A stretch of DNA of 64,000 nucleotides, taken from assembly GCF_004010195.1 (NCBI RefSeq), contig NC_057719.1, positions 12,927,727 to 12,991,726 of the forward strand, in the 5' to 3' direction. The notes beneath the pieces were generated by a model. It was not told the origin of the DNA. It searched no databases and worked only from the letters and a program-made list of their open reading frames with translations. This document shows positions 1-13,494 of this stretch, piece after piece. The stretch's first letter is position 1. Every line of letters starts with the position of its first letter. Source of the stretch: Chiloscyllium plagiosum (lineage: Eukaryota). The position numbers and the translations under genes are program-made.

Positions 1-1509
1 GTGAAGGGTGGAAGGTGTAGGGGAGATGTCAGGGGTGGGTTCTTTACCCAGAGAGTGGTGGGGGCATGGAATGCGCTGCCTGTGGGAGTGGTAGAGTCAG
101 AATCTTTGGTGACCTTTAAGCGGCAATTGGATAGGTACATGGATGGGTGCTTAAGCTAGGACAAATGTTCGGCACAACATCGTGGGCCGAAGGGCCTGTT
201 CTGTGCTGTATTGTTCTATGTTCTATGAATGGGTCTGGGTGGGATTCTCTTCGGAGGGTCGGTGTGGACTTGTGGAGCCAAATGGCCTGTTTCCCCACTG
301 TAGGGATTCTATGATTCTATGATTTAAAAATTGGTTGTGGTGGAATTTGTTTCATAAGCTCTACATTTCACTATGAGCTGGTGACACACTTCCATCCTTT
401 CTGGAGTTTCATTGGTGGAATTATGTAAATTTAGATATTGAACAAATCAAAGGGTAGAGGGTAGAAGGCAGGAATATGTCATTGAGTTAGAGGTTCAGCC
501 ATGATCATACTGAATGGTGCAGCACAATTGAAGGGCTGGATAGCCTACTCCTGCTCCTGTGTTGCTATTGCTGATATCCAGGCTGTAGGCATTACACACC
601 ACCCGCAGAACAAAGGTCTCTTCAATTTTTCCTAACAGACGCTCCTACATTTAACATAATTGGGCCCAGTTGATGGGCCTAGAGTTGACTGTTTGCTTAC
701 CACTTTTGCAGGGAAGAGGCCTGGACTCAATCAGTGCTGGCTGTCCAGTCGTTGCTAGATCGGGTCCTTTTCATAGGTGGCTGCAGGGACTGCCTGAAAG
801 GATCAGAAGCCTCATTTTAAAAGTGAGCTCTGGCTTCTGTGCCTGTTTCAGAGCAGGATTACTGAACTTCTTCAGCCGAGTTGGTGCTTGCATTAACCAT
901 CTCTGATTGACATCTGGGCCCGAGCTGCCTGAGCCAAAAGCGAGAGTGTGCCACTGGAAAAGCACAGCGGGTCAGGCAGCATCTGAGGAGCAGGAGAATC
1001 GAGGTTTTGGGCATAAACCATTTATCAGGAAAGGGCAGTCTTCACTTTCTCTGTGCTTGGGCCAGAAGCCTGCTTTTAATCTCCCAAACAAATTAAGTCT
1101 CTGACCGCAAGGTTTCTTTGAACTTTCAGAACCAACACCAAGCTGTGGCCGAGTCTGCAGCCATTGGATGTGCCCACGAGATCAAAGGGGAAGGTAAGGA
1201 CAGCACTGAGAGCATTCTGGTTTCTATGGAGAATCAGAGACAGGATAAAGAGTGAAACTGAGTGATGGCTGCAGGCACCCTTGCTGCCAAAGTTCACATC
1301 TGACTCAGGTCTGAAGCCCCTGTCCTCAGGGAAAGGAGATACTATTGAGACAAACAAGGAGCAAGTGACCCAGCCAATGTTTCCCTCACTCAAATTCATA
1401 TCCCTTCAATCGCGGGTGGATCAGATTTGGATTTTGAGCGTTTCACTGTGGGGAAGATCAGTGCTTGGGGTAAAAGTGAAAAACCAAAAACTCCTGTTTC
1501 TTTTCTCAG

Positions 1510-1631
1510 GGTCTTATGTCTTCATTGTTCTGAAGGATGGGATGGTCATTGCTGAGGACGTCTTCGATAAGGAACTCAAAGACATTGTCTCCCAAAAGAT
1601 AGCCAAATATGCTGCTCCTGATCAAATCCAG
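1510..1631 (+). CDS. ACSS1: ACSS1-like acetyl-CoA synthetase, penultimate coding exon
   Basis: ttttctcAG acceptor and CAG|GTAGTG donor; encodes (G)SYVFIVLKDGMVIAEDVFDKELKDIVSQKIAKYAAPDQIQ, matching the acetyl-CoA synthetase C-terminal domain (KIAKYAxPD typical of ACSS1). Probably the ACSS1B-type paralogue (see findings). Confidence 0.85.
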
Positions 1632-3023
1632 GTAGTGATCTGACGTCAATCCCTGCTTTCTTGTGTATGTTGTGCAGAGTGGACAGGATTGACTCTAACT
1701 CCAGTATACTCAAAATGTTCATAATCTATGGGGCTGTCCATTTATAACACCATGGGCTAGAACAACAGGAGCTCAGCAGTCTGATAGGATCATGCACTGG
1801 CTTTCCAGTGCTTTGTACCATGGAGTATGGGGGTGTAAGTTGGTACTTTTGTTCCCTGCAGGTAGAGTTTATATCACGGTCATGGCACACAGACAGATAC
1901 AATGGTTTAAAGGTTTGTACTTTGGAATTGATGAAATTACCTTTTGTCAGTGATCTCAGCTTCAGGACAGCTCTGCAGGGGTTCCCCGGGACTGTATCCT
2001 AGGCCCAACCATCTTCAGCTTCTTCATCAGAGACCTTCCCTCGAGCCTAAGGTCAGAACTGAGGATGATTGCTGATGATTAGTGTTCAGTTCCATTCAGA
2101 ATTCCTCAGATAGTGAAGCAATTGATGTTCACACACAGAAAGACATCCAGGTTTGGGATAACTGGCAAGCAACATTCATCCACTAAGGTGCCAGGCAATG
2201 ACCATCTCTAACAGGAAAGAATCTAACTAACTTGCCTTATTATCATCATGGAGACGTCTAGTGAGGTTAATCTTTGGCTACCATCGACCATAAACTGAAT
2301 CAACCACAGGCCAGAAGAACAGATCAGGGGCTGGCAATTCTGTAGTGAGCCAGTGAGAGCAGTGTAAGCCAGTCTAGACAGTGAAGGTACAGAATCAATC
2401 TCCGCACTGGGGCAGAACTGACTCAGGCCATGATGCAGTGAGGGATTCAGACAGTGAGGCAGAGCCAGCCTAGACACGAGGCAGAGTTAGTCCTGCTGGT
2501 TCTCCACCTATAAAAATTAAGAGTATGATAGAATACTTTGCACGTCTAGATTAGTGCAACTCCAACAACACTAAGAAGCTCAGCACCTTTGTTATGATCC
2601 TGGTGAATGGTAATACTGGCCAGTCAGATCCCAGAGTGAACCCTGGCTTGGTAGACCACAGGTTTTATTTTTGGAATATTTTATGCAGTTCATCACTAAC
2701 AAGCTGTTATGGGCTGAGTGAGAAGTACTGTTCTTAAAGGTTTTGGCTTTTAAAAGTAATGATAAAGAACAATGGACAGTACAGCACAGAAACAGGCCCT
2801 TCGGCCCTCCAAGCCTATGCCGACACATTTTGCCCTTCTATGTTAAAAGGCTGTTTAATCCCTTGACAACCTCCTGATTAAGTACATCTACAAAGCAGCA
2901 GCCATCTTGATCAGCATCACCTTCAGTATTCATTCCCTTCATTACTGATGCACAGTCACTGTTGTGTGTACTATCTTCAAGATATATTGCAGCAACTCAC
3001 CAAGATTCCTCCACCTCATCATA

Positions 3024-3100
3024 TCCTGGTTAGTATAGTAGTTAGCATTCTCCCACCTTGGTCAGTAAAGGACACTGGAATTCAATTCCCCAATGGGGAG
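3024..3100 (+). pseudogene. degenerate tRNA-Asp(GTC)-derived sequence
   Basis: tcctggttagtatagtagttagcattc...gtca...ttcaattccccaatggggag follows vertebrate tRNA-Asp end to end (TCCTCGTTAGTATAGTGG...TTCGATTCCCCGACGGGGAG), with insertions and CpG decay. Confidence 0.65.
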
Positions 3101-4071
3101 TTTATTGATATTATCAGCAAAGGAATTAAAGGTTCTGGGGGAAAAGGAAGAAAAAAATGGAGAAAAGGAAGAAAAAAATGGAGATGGGAATGAGCTCATT
3201 GAATGGTGGAGTAGACTTGATGGATCATGAGAGACACGGATAGGGTGGATAGACTAGGTCTTTTTCCTGGTGGGGGGGGGGGGGGGGGTTAGTCCAAAAC
3301 TAAAGGGTATAGGTTTAAGGTGAGAGGGCAAAGAAATAAAAGAGACCTAAGGGGCAACTTTTTCACACAGAAGGTGGTGTGTGTTTGGAATGGGCTGCCA
3401 GAGGAAGTGGTGGAAGTTGGTACAATTATATTTAAAAGGCATCTGGATGGGTATATGAATAGCAAGGGTTTAGAGGAATAATGGTCAAATGGGACTAGAT
3501 TTATTTGGGATATCTGGTCGGCATGGATGGGTTGAACCGAAGGGTCTTTTTCCATGCTATGCAGCTCTATGACTGAATGGCCTATTCTTGCCTCTATATC
3601 TTACGGTCTGACAGCACTTTGCAAACCTGGGACCTCAACCACCGAGATGGACAAGACAATCTCTCCATCTGCAAGTTTCCCTTTAGACCACAAACCGTCC
3701 TGATTAGGAATTATGTTGTTATCATGGGAAAAAGAGGATACCCCTGACGCTTGGTCGTCAATTTCCTTCCCTGTTCTCAACACCTGGGTTTCTAGGTGAA
3801 GAAAGGTTACTGGAGAGTTGGTCTCCATCGGACACCAGCCTTACTCCCTGGAGAAGATTAGGAAGGGGAGAAAATCAAGCAGGTGAGGGAACACATTGCT
3901 GAGATATGGCCTGAATCACAGAACAAGTTGCCCAGAGTCTGAATCGTACCAGGGGAAGCATGATCATCAATAATGATAGAGTGTGGAGTATCGTGTATTC
4001 CCAGTCCCTTCAGTACAGATGTGGGTGCAATGATTTCAACCCAGTGTTTTGTAAGTAATTAAGTCACCGTT

Positions 4072-5110
4072 GTGGTTCTGTTCGCCGAGCTGGGAATTTG
4101 TGTGGCAGATGTTTCTTCCCCTGTCTAGGTGACATCCTCAGTGCTTGGGAGCCTCCTGTGAAGCGCTTCTGTGATCTTTCCTCCGGCATTTGTAGTGGTT
4201 TGAATCTGCCGCTTCCAGTTGTCAGTTCTAGCTGTCCGCTGCAGTGGTCGGTATATTGGGTCCAGGTCGATATGCTTATTGATTGAATCTGTCGATGAGT
4301 GCCAAGCCTCTAGGAATTCNNNNNNNNNNNNNNNNNNNNNNNNNNNNNNNNNNNNNNNNNNNNNNNNNNNNNNNNNNNNNNNNNNNNNNNNNNNNNNNNN
4401 NNNNNNNNNNNNNNNNNNNNNNNNNNNNNNNNNNNNNNNNNNNNNNNNNNNNNNNNNNNNNNNNNNNNNNNNNNNNNNNNNNNNNNNNNNNNNNNNNNNN
4501 NNNNNNNNNNNNNNNNNNNNNNNNNNNNNNNNNNNNNNNNNNNNNNNNNNNNNNNNNNNNNNNNNNNNNNNNNNNNNNNNNNNNNNNNNNNNNNNNNNNN
4601 NNNNNNNNNNNNNNNNNNNNNNNNNNNNNNNNNNNNNNNNNNNNNNNNNNNNNNNNNNNNNNNNNNNNNNNNNNNNNNNNNNNNNNNNNNNNNNNNNGTT
4701 CAAAGTTTGTGAGAAGATTTGTAGCTTGGGTGCTCGTTGTTGTGGTTCTGTTCGCCGAGCTGGAAATTTGTGTTGCAGACGTTTCGTTCCCCTGTCTAGG
4801 TGACATCCTCAGTGCTTGGGAGCCTCCTGTGAAGCACTTCTGTGATCTTTCTTCCGGCATTTGTAGTGGTTTGAATCTGCCGCTTCTGGTTGTCCGTTAC
4901 AACGGACAACTGGAACTGACAACTGGAAGCGGCAGATACAAACCACTACAAATGCCGGAGGAAAGATCACAGAAGCGCTTCACAGGAGGCTCCCAAGCAC
5001 TGAGGATGTCACCCAGACAGGGGACGAAACGTCTGCAACACAAATTCCCAGCTCGGCGAACAGAACCACAACAACGAGCACCCGAGCTACAAATCTTCTC
5101 ACAAACTTTG
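4072..5110 (-). mobile_element. Penelope-like element (Poseidon-type 3' end) with inverted pseudo-LTR and 15-bp TSD
   Basis: EFLEAWHSSTDSINKHIDLDPIY (GIY-YIG C-terminus) on minus; TSD aattaagtcaccgtt at 4057-4071 and 5111-5125; ~200-bp inverted arms 4699-5112; contains N gap 4320-4697. Confidence 0.8.
5000..5033 (+). ncRNA. minimal hammerhead ribozyme motif in a Penelope pLTR
   Basis: CTGAGGA-stem II(gtcacc..ggggac)-GAAAC-GTC, with gca/tgc closing stem I. Confidence 0.6.
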
Positions 5111-5515
5111 AATTAAGTCACCGTTAAGTTCACCATTTCTTGTATTGTTACAATAGATAGACATTACTGACAAGGCCAGTATTTAGTGCCACTGCCTAAC
5201 TTGAATAGTTTATAGACATTTCAGAAAGGCATTTATGAGTCAATCATATTGATGAATATCTGGAATCATATATAGGCAAGGATAGCTGATAGGCTTCCCT
5301 AAAGGATATTTGTGAACCAGATAGGATTTTACAACAATTGATGATAGCATCATAGTCACCATTACTGAAATTAGCTTTCAATTCCAGATTAATGCATTCA
5401 AATTGCAATGTGACACATGTCCAAAAGCCTCAAATAACACTAATCTAGTGACATTACCATGACACCACTGTCCTCTAGCTTATCTCTCCACGCTTCAGGC
5501 TCTCTGCCTTTATTC

Positions 5516-5543
5516 CTGATGAAGGGCTTTTGCCCGAAACGTC
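5516..5543 (+). ncRNA. minimal hammerhead ribozyme motif (pLTR-derived element 5475-5642)
   Basis: CTGATGA-A-GGGC-TTTT-GCCC-GAAAC-GTC: intact core, perfect stem II, GUC cleavage triplet. Confidence 0.65.
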
Positions 5544-6194
5544 GATTTTGCCTGTCTTCGGATGCTGCCTGAATTGCTGTGCTCTCCCAGCACCACTGAT
5601 CCAGAATCTGGTTTCCAGCATCTGCAGTCATTGTTTTTACCCTGAGGGGTAAGCCCTATGAGAATGGATCCGCTCTAAGTGAAATAAACATGACAAGTGC
5701 ATAGCAGGTAAAACAGTGCCCCAAAATCTGAGCAAATAAACATTTCAAAGAATCTCAAACCAAGACAACAATGTGTTTTTGTCATACCTTTAAAATTGTA
5801 AATCATCCAAAAGCACTTGACAGGAGTATCAGACTAAATTTGAGACTAATGTAACGTCTTGGTTTCTGATTTTGTAATTTTCTTGTGTCTGTTTAGATGT
5901 ACCAATTCCACAGTGCTCTGTAAAAGTCTCACATTTTATTTTATTCAAGGGTGCATGCTGAATTGCCCTAGAGAAGGTGAGAGCTGGCTTCTTGATTGCA
6001 GCTATGTTGATTGCTCAGCTATTTCAGAGAGACATTAAAAATCAACCACATTGCAGTGAGGCTGGAATCACATATAGGGTTTTTACAATCCAGTAGCGTC
6101 ACATTTAAGATTACCATGACTAACACTTATTTAAAATAATACAAGTATTTATTTATTTAATTAAATGAAGTTCTGCAGCTGCACCTTTAAGGGG

Positions 6195-6535
6195 AGGTGA
6201 TCACTGAATGTCTTTTATTACAATACTGTTAACCCAGAGACCTGGTCATGTTCTGGGGACCTGGGTTCAAATCCTGTCACGGCAGGTGTTGGGAGTTTGA
6301 ATTCAATAAATATCTGGGAACTAGGAGTCTAACGATGACCAAGAAAAACATTGCTAATTGTTGGTTCACGGATATCCTTTAGGGCAGGAAATTGTCATCC
6401 TTACCTGGTCTGGCCTACATGTGACTGCAGACCACAGCAATGTGGAAAACACTTAATTACCATCTAGGCAATTAGGGAAGGTTAATAAAGCCAGGCTGAC
6501 CAGTGACCCCCACATCCTCTAAATGAATTAAGAAA
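6195..6535 (+). mobile_element. tRNA-derived SINE with Deu/Nin-like core (SacSINE1-like)
   Basis: ctgggttcaaatcc B-box; core tccttacctggtctggcctacatgtgact..cagcaatgtgg; tail ggcaattaggga. Family name from recall. Confidence 0.55.
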
Positions 6536-6663
6536 AAGCAACCAGCTGGGGATTTGAATTCAGCCTTCCTTCACAGGTAGATTACCCTGTGGTTTTCATA
6601 CTCCCATCATCAACGGACTCAAACACTAGGAAACTTTAAACCCGACCCTTTCTTGCCTTCTAG

Positions 6664-6840
6664 ATTGTGCACAGACTTCCTAAAACCCGCTCAGGAAAGA
6701 TAATGCGTCGAGTTCTGAGGAAGATTGTGGAAAATAAAATCGATGAGCTCGGTGACCTTACTACCCTGGATGATCACACAGCTGTGCAGGAAATTATCGA
6801 CGGCCATAAGCAGGTTCTGAAAAAAGAAGCTAAATATTAA
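6664..6840 (+). CDS. ACSS1: ACSS1-like acetyl-CoA synthetase, last coding exon (to TAA)
   Basis: Pyrimidine tract + TAG acceptor; [58 protein letters not shown]. Contains the A10 motif PKTRSGK (catalytic, acetylatable Lys) and the LGDxTTL motif; joins in frame with exon 1510-1631. Not in the ORF track. Confidence 0.92.
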   Translation: MVHRLPKTRSGKIMRRVLRKIVENKIDELGDLTTLDDHTAVQEIIDGHKQVLKKEAKY

Positions 6841-7755
6841 CTGGGAGACATCATGCCAGGGATTTTAAATACACACCGGTTTTATTTTTATAAGATTATA
6901 TTCAATGCAACATATTACGACCAAATGACCTAACTCCTGACAGCCCTTATTGCGGAGATGTGTAATCTGGAATGGAACTCTGTTTCTTTATTATAATGCC
7001 CCTGTAATTGAATTACCCAGCAGTGCTCTCTCCATCACAGTTCACAGGGCAACCACTCTGTGGCAGGAACTGTAGCTATCCAACAACTCGAGGAGAGAGA
7101 GTGTGGAACAAACAATGGCTGATGCTTTGGGACTGTGAATAGCCGAGGTTCACATTTAACATTGACAATACACTGTGCCCAGGTAAGGAGCAGTACGATG
7201 ATCCAGTCTGACCATTCTGACAGTATCTGCTAAGTATTTCTGTCAAAACTGCAGATAAATTGCTTCATCTCTGGAAAATATTGGGAGGATCAGAAGGCCA
7301 GATTTTTGAGGTGGTCCCTCTCGCCAACTCTTGTGGATTTCAAGAGAAAGAATGAGAGAGAGAAAAAGTGACTTCAGTGCTCCTCTACAGTCACAACATG
7401 ATCCTTGCCAAAGCGTTATTTATTTTTCAAACCTGCTGGTTTGTTTTTGAATACAAGAGCTGCATGCTGTGATTAAAACTCAGGTACTCATCACTGACAG
7501 AAGGCAGAGAACAACTTCAACCTCAATAATTCAGGTTCTCTTCTTGGTTAGCTCGTTATGTAGAAAATACAAGACTGCGGAACTTTGATTTTTAAAAGCA
7601 GATCATCATTAAATGTCCTATGTAATGATTAGCACCAATGGAAATTTGCAAGCTGAATGTTGCCATGGTTGCCTCAGTGACCTCTGGACTTATTAAACAC
7701 ACAACTCCTTGAATAGTGGCCAACATGATTGATCCAATACACCATTTTTACTGGA

Positions 7756-7761
7756 AATAAA
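7756..7761 (+). promoter_or_regulatory. candidate polyadenylation signal of the ACSS1-like gene
   Basis: AATAAA about 0.9 kb after the stop, at the end of a repeat-free, UTR-like stretch; other ATTAAA variants also present, so not unique. Confidence 0.3.
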
Positions 7762-10700
7762 TCTCAAACCGAGCCTTGAATATATGCAAACTGAGAAACA
7801 TGGTTCACTTAAACTGACTTTTCTTTTGGATGTTTGTTCTCAGCTTCATTGACAAAGCGTTCTCTGGAGCAAACTATAGTAATTGAGACTGGGGGAATGG
7901 GGTCACTTGGATGCTGCCTGAACTGCTGTGCTCTTCCAGCACCACTAATCCAGAATGGGGTCACTGTAGCCCAGGCAAGTACAAATGTTACTGTTTCCAG
8001 CAGCTGATTATACATGGTGCCTCTGGGATTTGTTGTTAATGTAGGGTCATGCTTGGACTTTCCTTTCCAATGTGCTCTCACCTCGGTTGGACTGTTGCAG
8101 ACTGGGGTAGCTGCTCCCATCTCCCTTGAATGGGAGTGTATTAAATGTGAGCTTCACAAGGAGTCAAGGGGCAGGGGAAAAGGTGACTCAGGCAAGTGGG
8201 GTTTAAACTATAATTGGATGAACCATGATCTTAATGTATGGCAGAATGAGCTTGAAGGGCCAAATGGCCTACTTTTACTTCCAAATCCTATGTTCCTTTT
8301 CTTCCCCCCACCCCCCCAGGATTTTCCTACATCTGAAATCAACTTAACCAGGATTCCCTTGCTTTGAATTAATTGTCTTTTTTAAAAGTGAATCTTTTGT
8401 AAATGCATAAAAAAATTTCAAAGATATGCAGAACAAGGCTAATATGTGTGTATTTTTTTTAATTATTTAAAGCTTATAACATGATTAGGAGATTCAGTAT
8501 CAGGCACAGTGACAGACAGAAGATGTCATTATATACTCTTTAACACTGTTGTCAAAACTGGAATGCTGGCAACCTCTACTTTCTTCATCTCATATCTTCC
8601 TATCCAATCTCTTCCTCTGAAGACAGAGACTCAAAAAGGTTCACCCTTGGTTATCACTGACTAGCAATGAGTCTGGACTGTGAATGTCAACAGATATTCA
8701 TAAATCATTCTTCATTGGAGAAAGAGTAGTGCATTTTACACCACTGGTCACTGGAGAGGGTCAGGAGATTTAATAATCGCTGGACAGGAAAACCTGGCTA
8801 GATGCTGTGTCCAATTGCAGGCTCAGCCTGAGCTGAGGTTAGGCTACCTTTGCAAAGTTCCAAGCTCGTAATGAGGTCGTGCTCTTCTGCATTGGTGATC
8901 ACACTAGCCACTGAGGCAGTGGCTAACTCACAAACAGCAGGTCTGAATGTCTGCTCCTCCTACCTACTGCCTCCCAGTTGTTTGTAACACATATCACCAT
9001 CATATGTTAGAATTCACTGGGAGTCCAAGTTCTTTGGGCAACATAGACATTGACATATATGTTGTTGGCTGGAGTGGTAGATCCAATGTCCCTTCCTCCA
9101 TACTGGTGATCAGGAATCACTCCTGATCTTAACACTGGATGTTGGGAAGGATTTGCAAGTTGATACTTAGCCAGCACAGTTGTATTGTAAATACACCACC
9201 CTTGGACACGGAGTTCTGTCTGGGACACGTACCCAGAACTTCAGAGGATATTCACTGGGCATACGAGACCCTCTTTTGTGGCACACATCCGATACTCAAT
9301 AAACTCACAAAATCAGAGTTACACTTTAGAAGAACCTTCACTAACTTAGACATTGAACAGTCATTGAGATATGTCAATATTCACGACCGAGCAGGCTATG
9401 TCATTCTGACAAACGCAAAATACTGTGGATGTTGGAGATCTGTAAAGAAAACAAACTGCCAGAGGAACTCAGCAGGTCTGGCACCTTCTGTAGAGAAAGA
9501 GAGAGAGAGAGAGAGAGGAACAGAAAATGTTTTGATGTCCATAACTCTTCTTCAAAATGTTAACTGTTTTTCTTTCCCCAAATGCTGCTGGACCTGCTGA
9601 GTTCGTCCAACACTTTCAGTTTTATATTGTTCTGACTGTGGGAGGTAATTAATGCACATTATTGGCTGAGCATAGGGACCTTTACTTGACATTTAATCAG
9701 TGTCCCAGGGAAGGGAAAGTAGAAAAGGTATTTCATTATCAAACAAAGACACGTCTCATCTTGAGAAATTCAGTTGCTCAGCAAAATTGTGGATGCTCTT
9801 GATTCATTAGAACATTAAAGAATTAGAATAGATGACACTACTCTAAATATTATATTCCAATAATTACTCTGCTCTCAATTTCCAGCTGCTTTTAGAACTG
9901 CTCCTCATTTCTCTGTCCCCAGCGTTCACAAAGGTCAAGGATTAGGTAATAAAAGTACAATACTGCAGTTACCGGAAATCTGAAATAAAAACTGGAAGTG
10001 CTGAAGAAAGGGGACATGTTTAATCTAGCAGATCTAGTAGCATCTGTAGAGAGAAACAGAGTTTACGTTTTGAGTCCAGTGTGAAACTGCTACAGGGATT
10101 AGGGAGGCCTATTGCTCCCACATGTATGAGTCCCTCGAGCACTGTGCTTTGCTTTAAATGGCCCTGAATATTTAATCTTTACTATGTTCTGAAAGATAAT
10201 GATTCAGCCAGTGAAGACATCTTTACTAAACTGTGTTTTAGATTTACTTTAAACTAATGTCTTCTGATTCTTCTAGTCTAACAAAGGGTAATATTTCAGG
10301 ATCACCTTATCTGCACCCATTAAGATTCTCTGCTTCATTGAGGTCCCATTGAACGTCAGAAGTCACATGGCACCAGGTTATAGTCCAACAGGTTTATTTG
10401 AAATCACAAGCGCTGCTCCTTCATCATGTGAAGGATGGAAGATCAGGAGATGCTGATGTTGAATCTTCACCTGACGAAGAAGCAGTGCTCCTAAAGCTTG
10501 TGATTTCAAATAAGCCTGTTGGAATATAATCTGGCGTTTTGTCTACTCGGTCCAACACCAGCACCTCCGCATCATGGAATGGGTGCTCAGCTTTCTCCAG
10601 TGTTCCCTCACAGACCCATTCCCTCTATACTTGGTGTAATTCAGTAGGCCTCACATTAGGGCCCCGTGGGTTGATAGAATATTTCCCCATATCCAAAACC

Positions 10701-11283
10701 ATGGATTAAGCATGTCACCTACCCTTGTCCAAACTGCAGACTGATCTCTCAAATGGTGCTGTGTTTTGCCAAAGCCAGTGCCTGGTTATCTAATCCTTGG
10801 AGCAACCCCCAAGAGAACCAGTCCAACAGACAGCATTAAAGCTTGGAGTGCAGAGAATACAGTGGCAGAAAAACCAGCATCTGGAGAAGATGCTGATGCT
10901 CAGTTGTACAGGATGCTCCATCTTGCTGACTACATGCCAGTAGCTCCATTACATTGGGTTGACACTGCAGATGGCTGCATTTGAGAGAAAATTCATTTTG
11001 AAGAAAGCTAATGAATTTTAGAGCACCAGGGTTCAGGTGTTTGTATCTTCTACAATGACTCAGCGACAGACTACGAATTAGTGTCCACCCTCCTGCTCAC
11101 TTGCCTAGTTGGAGATAGACAGTGACACACAGGCCAGAAGTCCCTGGTTTGGTTACTTAGTCTGGCTGATCCTAATTGAGATCACACAGTGAGAGAGATC
11201 GGTCACCAGTTTTAAAACGAAAAAAAAAATCTTTACAGCAGTTTGTAAAGATTTGTATTGAAAAATATGGAGTGGTTACGGTT

Positions 11284-11289
11284 TTTATT
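11284..11289 (-). promoter_or_regulatory. possible ABCD4 polyadenylation signal
   Basis: AATAAA on the minus strand just beyond the gap presumed to hold exons 18-19. Confidence 0.25.
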
Positions 11290-11328
11290 TTTAAATAGCA
11301 TTCTTCGGTCTTTAGCAGCTGGGATAGA

Positions 11329-11828
11329 NNNNNNNNNNNNNNNNNNNNNNNNNNNNNNNNNNNNNNNNNNNNNNNNNNNNNNNNNNNNNNNNNNNNNNNN
11401 NNNNNNNNNNNNNNNNNNNNNNNNNNNNNNNNNNNNNNNNNNNNNNNNNNNNNNNNNNNNNNNNNNNNNNNNNNNNNNNNNNNNNNNNNNNNNNNNNNNN
11501 NNNNNNNNNNNNNNNNNNNNNNNNNNNNNNNNNNNNNNNNNNNNNNNNNNNNNNNNNNNNNNNNNNNNNNNNNNNNNNNNNNNNNNNNNNNNNNNNNNNN
11601 NNNNNNNNNNNNNNNNNNNNNNNNNNNNNNNNNNNNNNNNNNNNNNNNNNNNNNNNNNNNNNNNNNNNNNNNNNNNNNNNNNNNNNNNNNNNNNNNNNNN
11701 NNNNNNNNNNNNNNNNNNNNNNNNNNNNNNNNNNNNNNNNNNNNNNNNNNNNNNNNNNNNNNNNNNNNNNNNNNNNNNNNNNNNNNNNNNNNNNNNNNNN
11801 NNNNNNNNNNNNNNNNNNNNNNNNNNNN
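11329..11828. other. assembly gap (exactly 500 N)
   Basis: N run; other gaps at 4320-4697 and 18862-18923. Confidence 1.
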
Positions 11829-12001
11829 TTACACTGGGATGAAATTAAGCCAAGTTCTTTTTAAAAAAATGGAGATGTACTGTCCTGATCCAATGCATTA
11901 TCCAAATTTCACAGCGTTATTATCAATATGACAGTTTTAGGACAGAAACAAATTAGGAATAAAATACAAAAAAAAAGATATTGCTGGAGAAATTCAGCAG
12001 A

Positions 12002-12870
12002 TCTTCCCTCCATCATAAGGTCAGAAGAGGGGACATTCACAGATTGTTGCACAATGTTTAGCACAGTTCACGACTCCTCAGATACTGAAGCAGTCCACGT
12101 TCAAATGCACCAAGATCTGGACCATAGTTTGGGCTGACAGATAGTTTGAGCCCCACACAATGGCAATGACCATCTCCAATAAAAGACAATGTATCCACCA
12201 CTCCTTGACATTCAATGGTGTTACCATCACTGAATATCCCACCATTAACATCCTAAGGGGTACCATTGACCAGAAACTCAACTGGACTTGCCACATAAAC
12301 ACAATGGCAACAAGAGTATGTCAGAGGCTAGGAATCAAGCATGTGGACCTCACTTCCTGACTCTGCAGGTCTCTCCATTATTTACAAGGCACAAGTCAGG
12401 AGTGTGATGGAAACTCCTTACTTGCTTCCATGGGTGCAACTCCAACAATACTCAAGAAACTCAACACCATCCAGAACAAATTTGTCCACTTGTTTGGCAT
12501 CTCACCCACAAACATCCACTCCCTCCATCAGCGACACTCAGTAACAGCAGTGTGTACTATCTACAGAATGCCCTGCAGAAATTTACCAAAGATCCTTAGA
12601 CAGCACCTTCCAAACCCATGACCACTTCCATTTGGAAGGTTAAGGTTTAGCAGACACATGGGCACACCATCACTTGCAAGTTCCCCGCCAAGCCACTCAC
12701 CATCCTGACTCGGAAATATATCGCCGTTCTTTCGCTGTTGCTGGGTCAAAATTCTAGAATTCCCTCCCTAATTGTCTACCTCCAGCACATGGATTTGCCA
12801 AGGGCAACTAGGGACGGTCAATAAATGCTGCCCAGCCAGGGACACCAACACACCACAGAGAATCAACAAA
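12002..12870 (+). mobile_element. LINE (CR1/L2 group) RT 3' fragment whose tail resembles that of the Deu-type SINEs
   Basis: GTIDQKLNWTCHI, IYKAQVRSVME; tail gggcaactaggga..caataaatgctg..cagcca. Relatives at ~1960-2590, 18170-18555, 59290-60470 (-). Confidence 0.7.
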
Positions 12871-13374
12871 AAAATGTGAAGAGAAAACAGAGGTAACTTT
12901 TGACTCCATGGCCCTTCTTTAATGAGGTCTAAGAAATAAAACACCTTGAAGATTCACAAGCAGAAAGACCCATCTCTTAGACCATCCAGCAGATAATACA
13001 CAGTAAATGGCTTTGTCGGTGTGTTATCTTGGGTGCAGTACAGTCCAGGGAAAACTCCAATGGGCTATAAAACAGGTCATCAGTTGATCCTCATATTCAT
13101 TCATCTTCATGCTGCACCACACGGGACACAGACTGTAATAACTTGCCCAGCTTGGGTGGGCCTGAGACAACTTTTTCAGAGCAGCCTTCACCCAATGTGT
13201 TTCCCTTATAATAGAGCTCAAAACAGGAACTAGCTGCGTTGGCCTCAACTCTTCATCAACACTGTTCCCTTTTCCTTAACCAGCTGATGAGGATGTTCCC
13301 TGAGACCCAACCAGCGTTAACCAGCCTGCCAAACTGGGCTGGCCTGCGGTGTGGCTTAGGGCTGATCAACACTA

Positions 13375-13494
<120 letters not shown>

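Noticed and set aside
4125..5116. Long ORFs around 4.1-5.1 kb (likewise 11258-11842)
   Set aside because: Length comes from N runs.
10766..10984. ORF with GEDADAQLYRML, loosely like the post-Walker-B region of ABCD proteins
   Set aside because: Wrong strand, no LDEAT or GHR motif; chance similarity.
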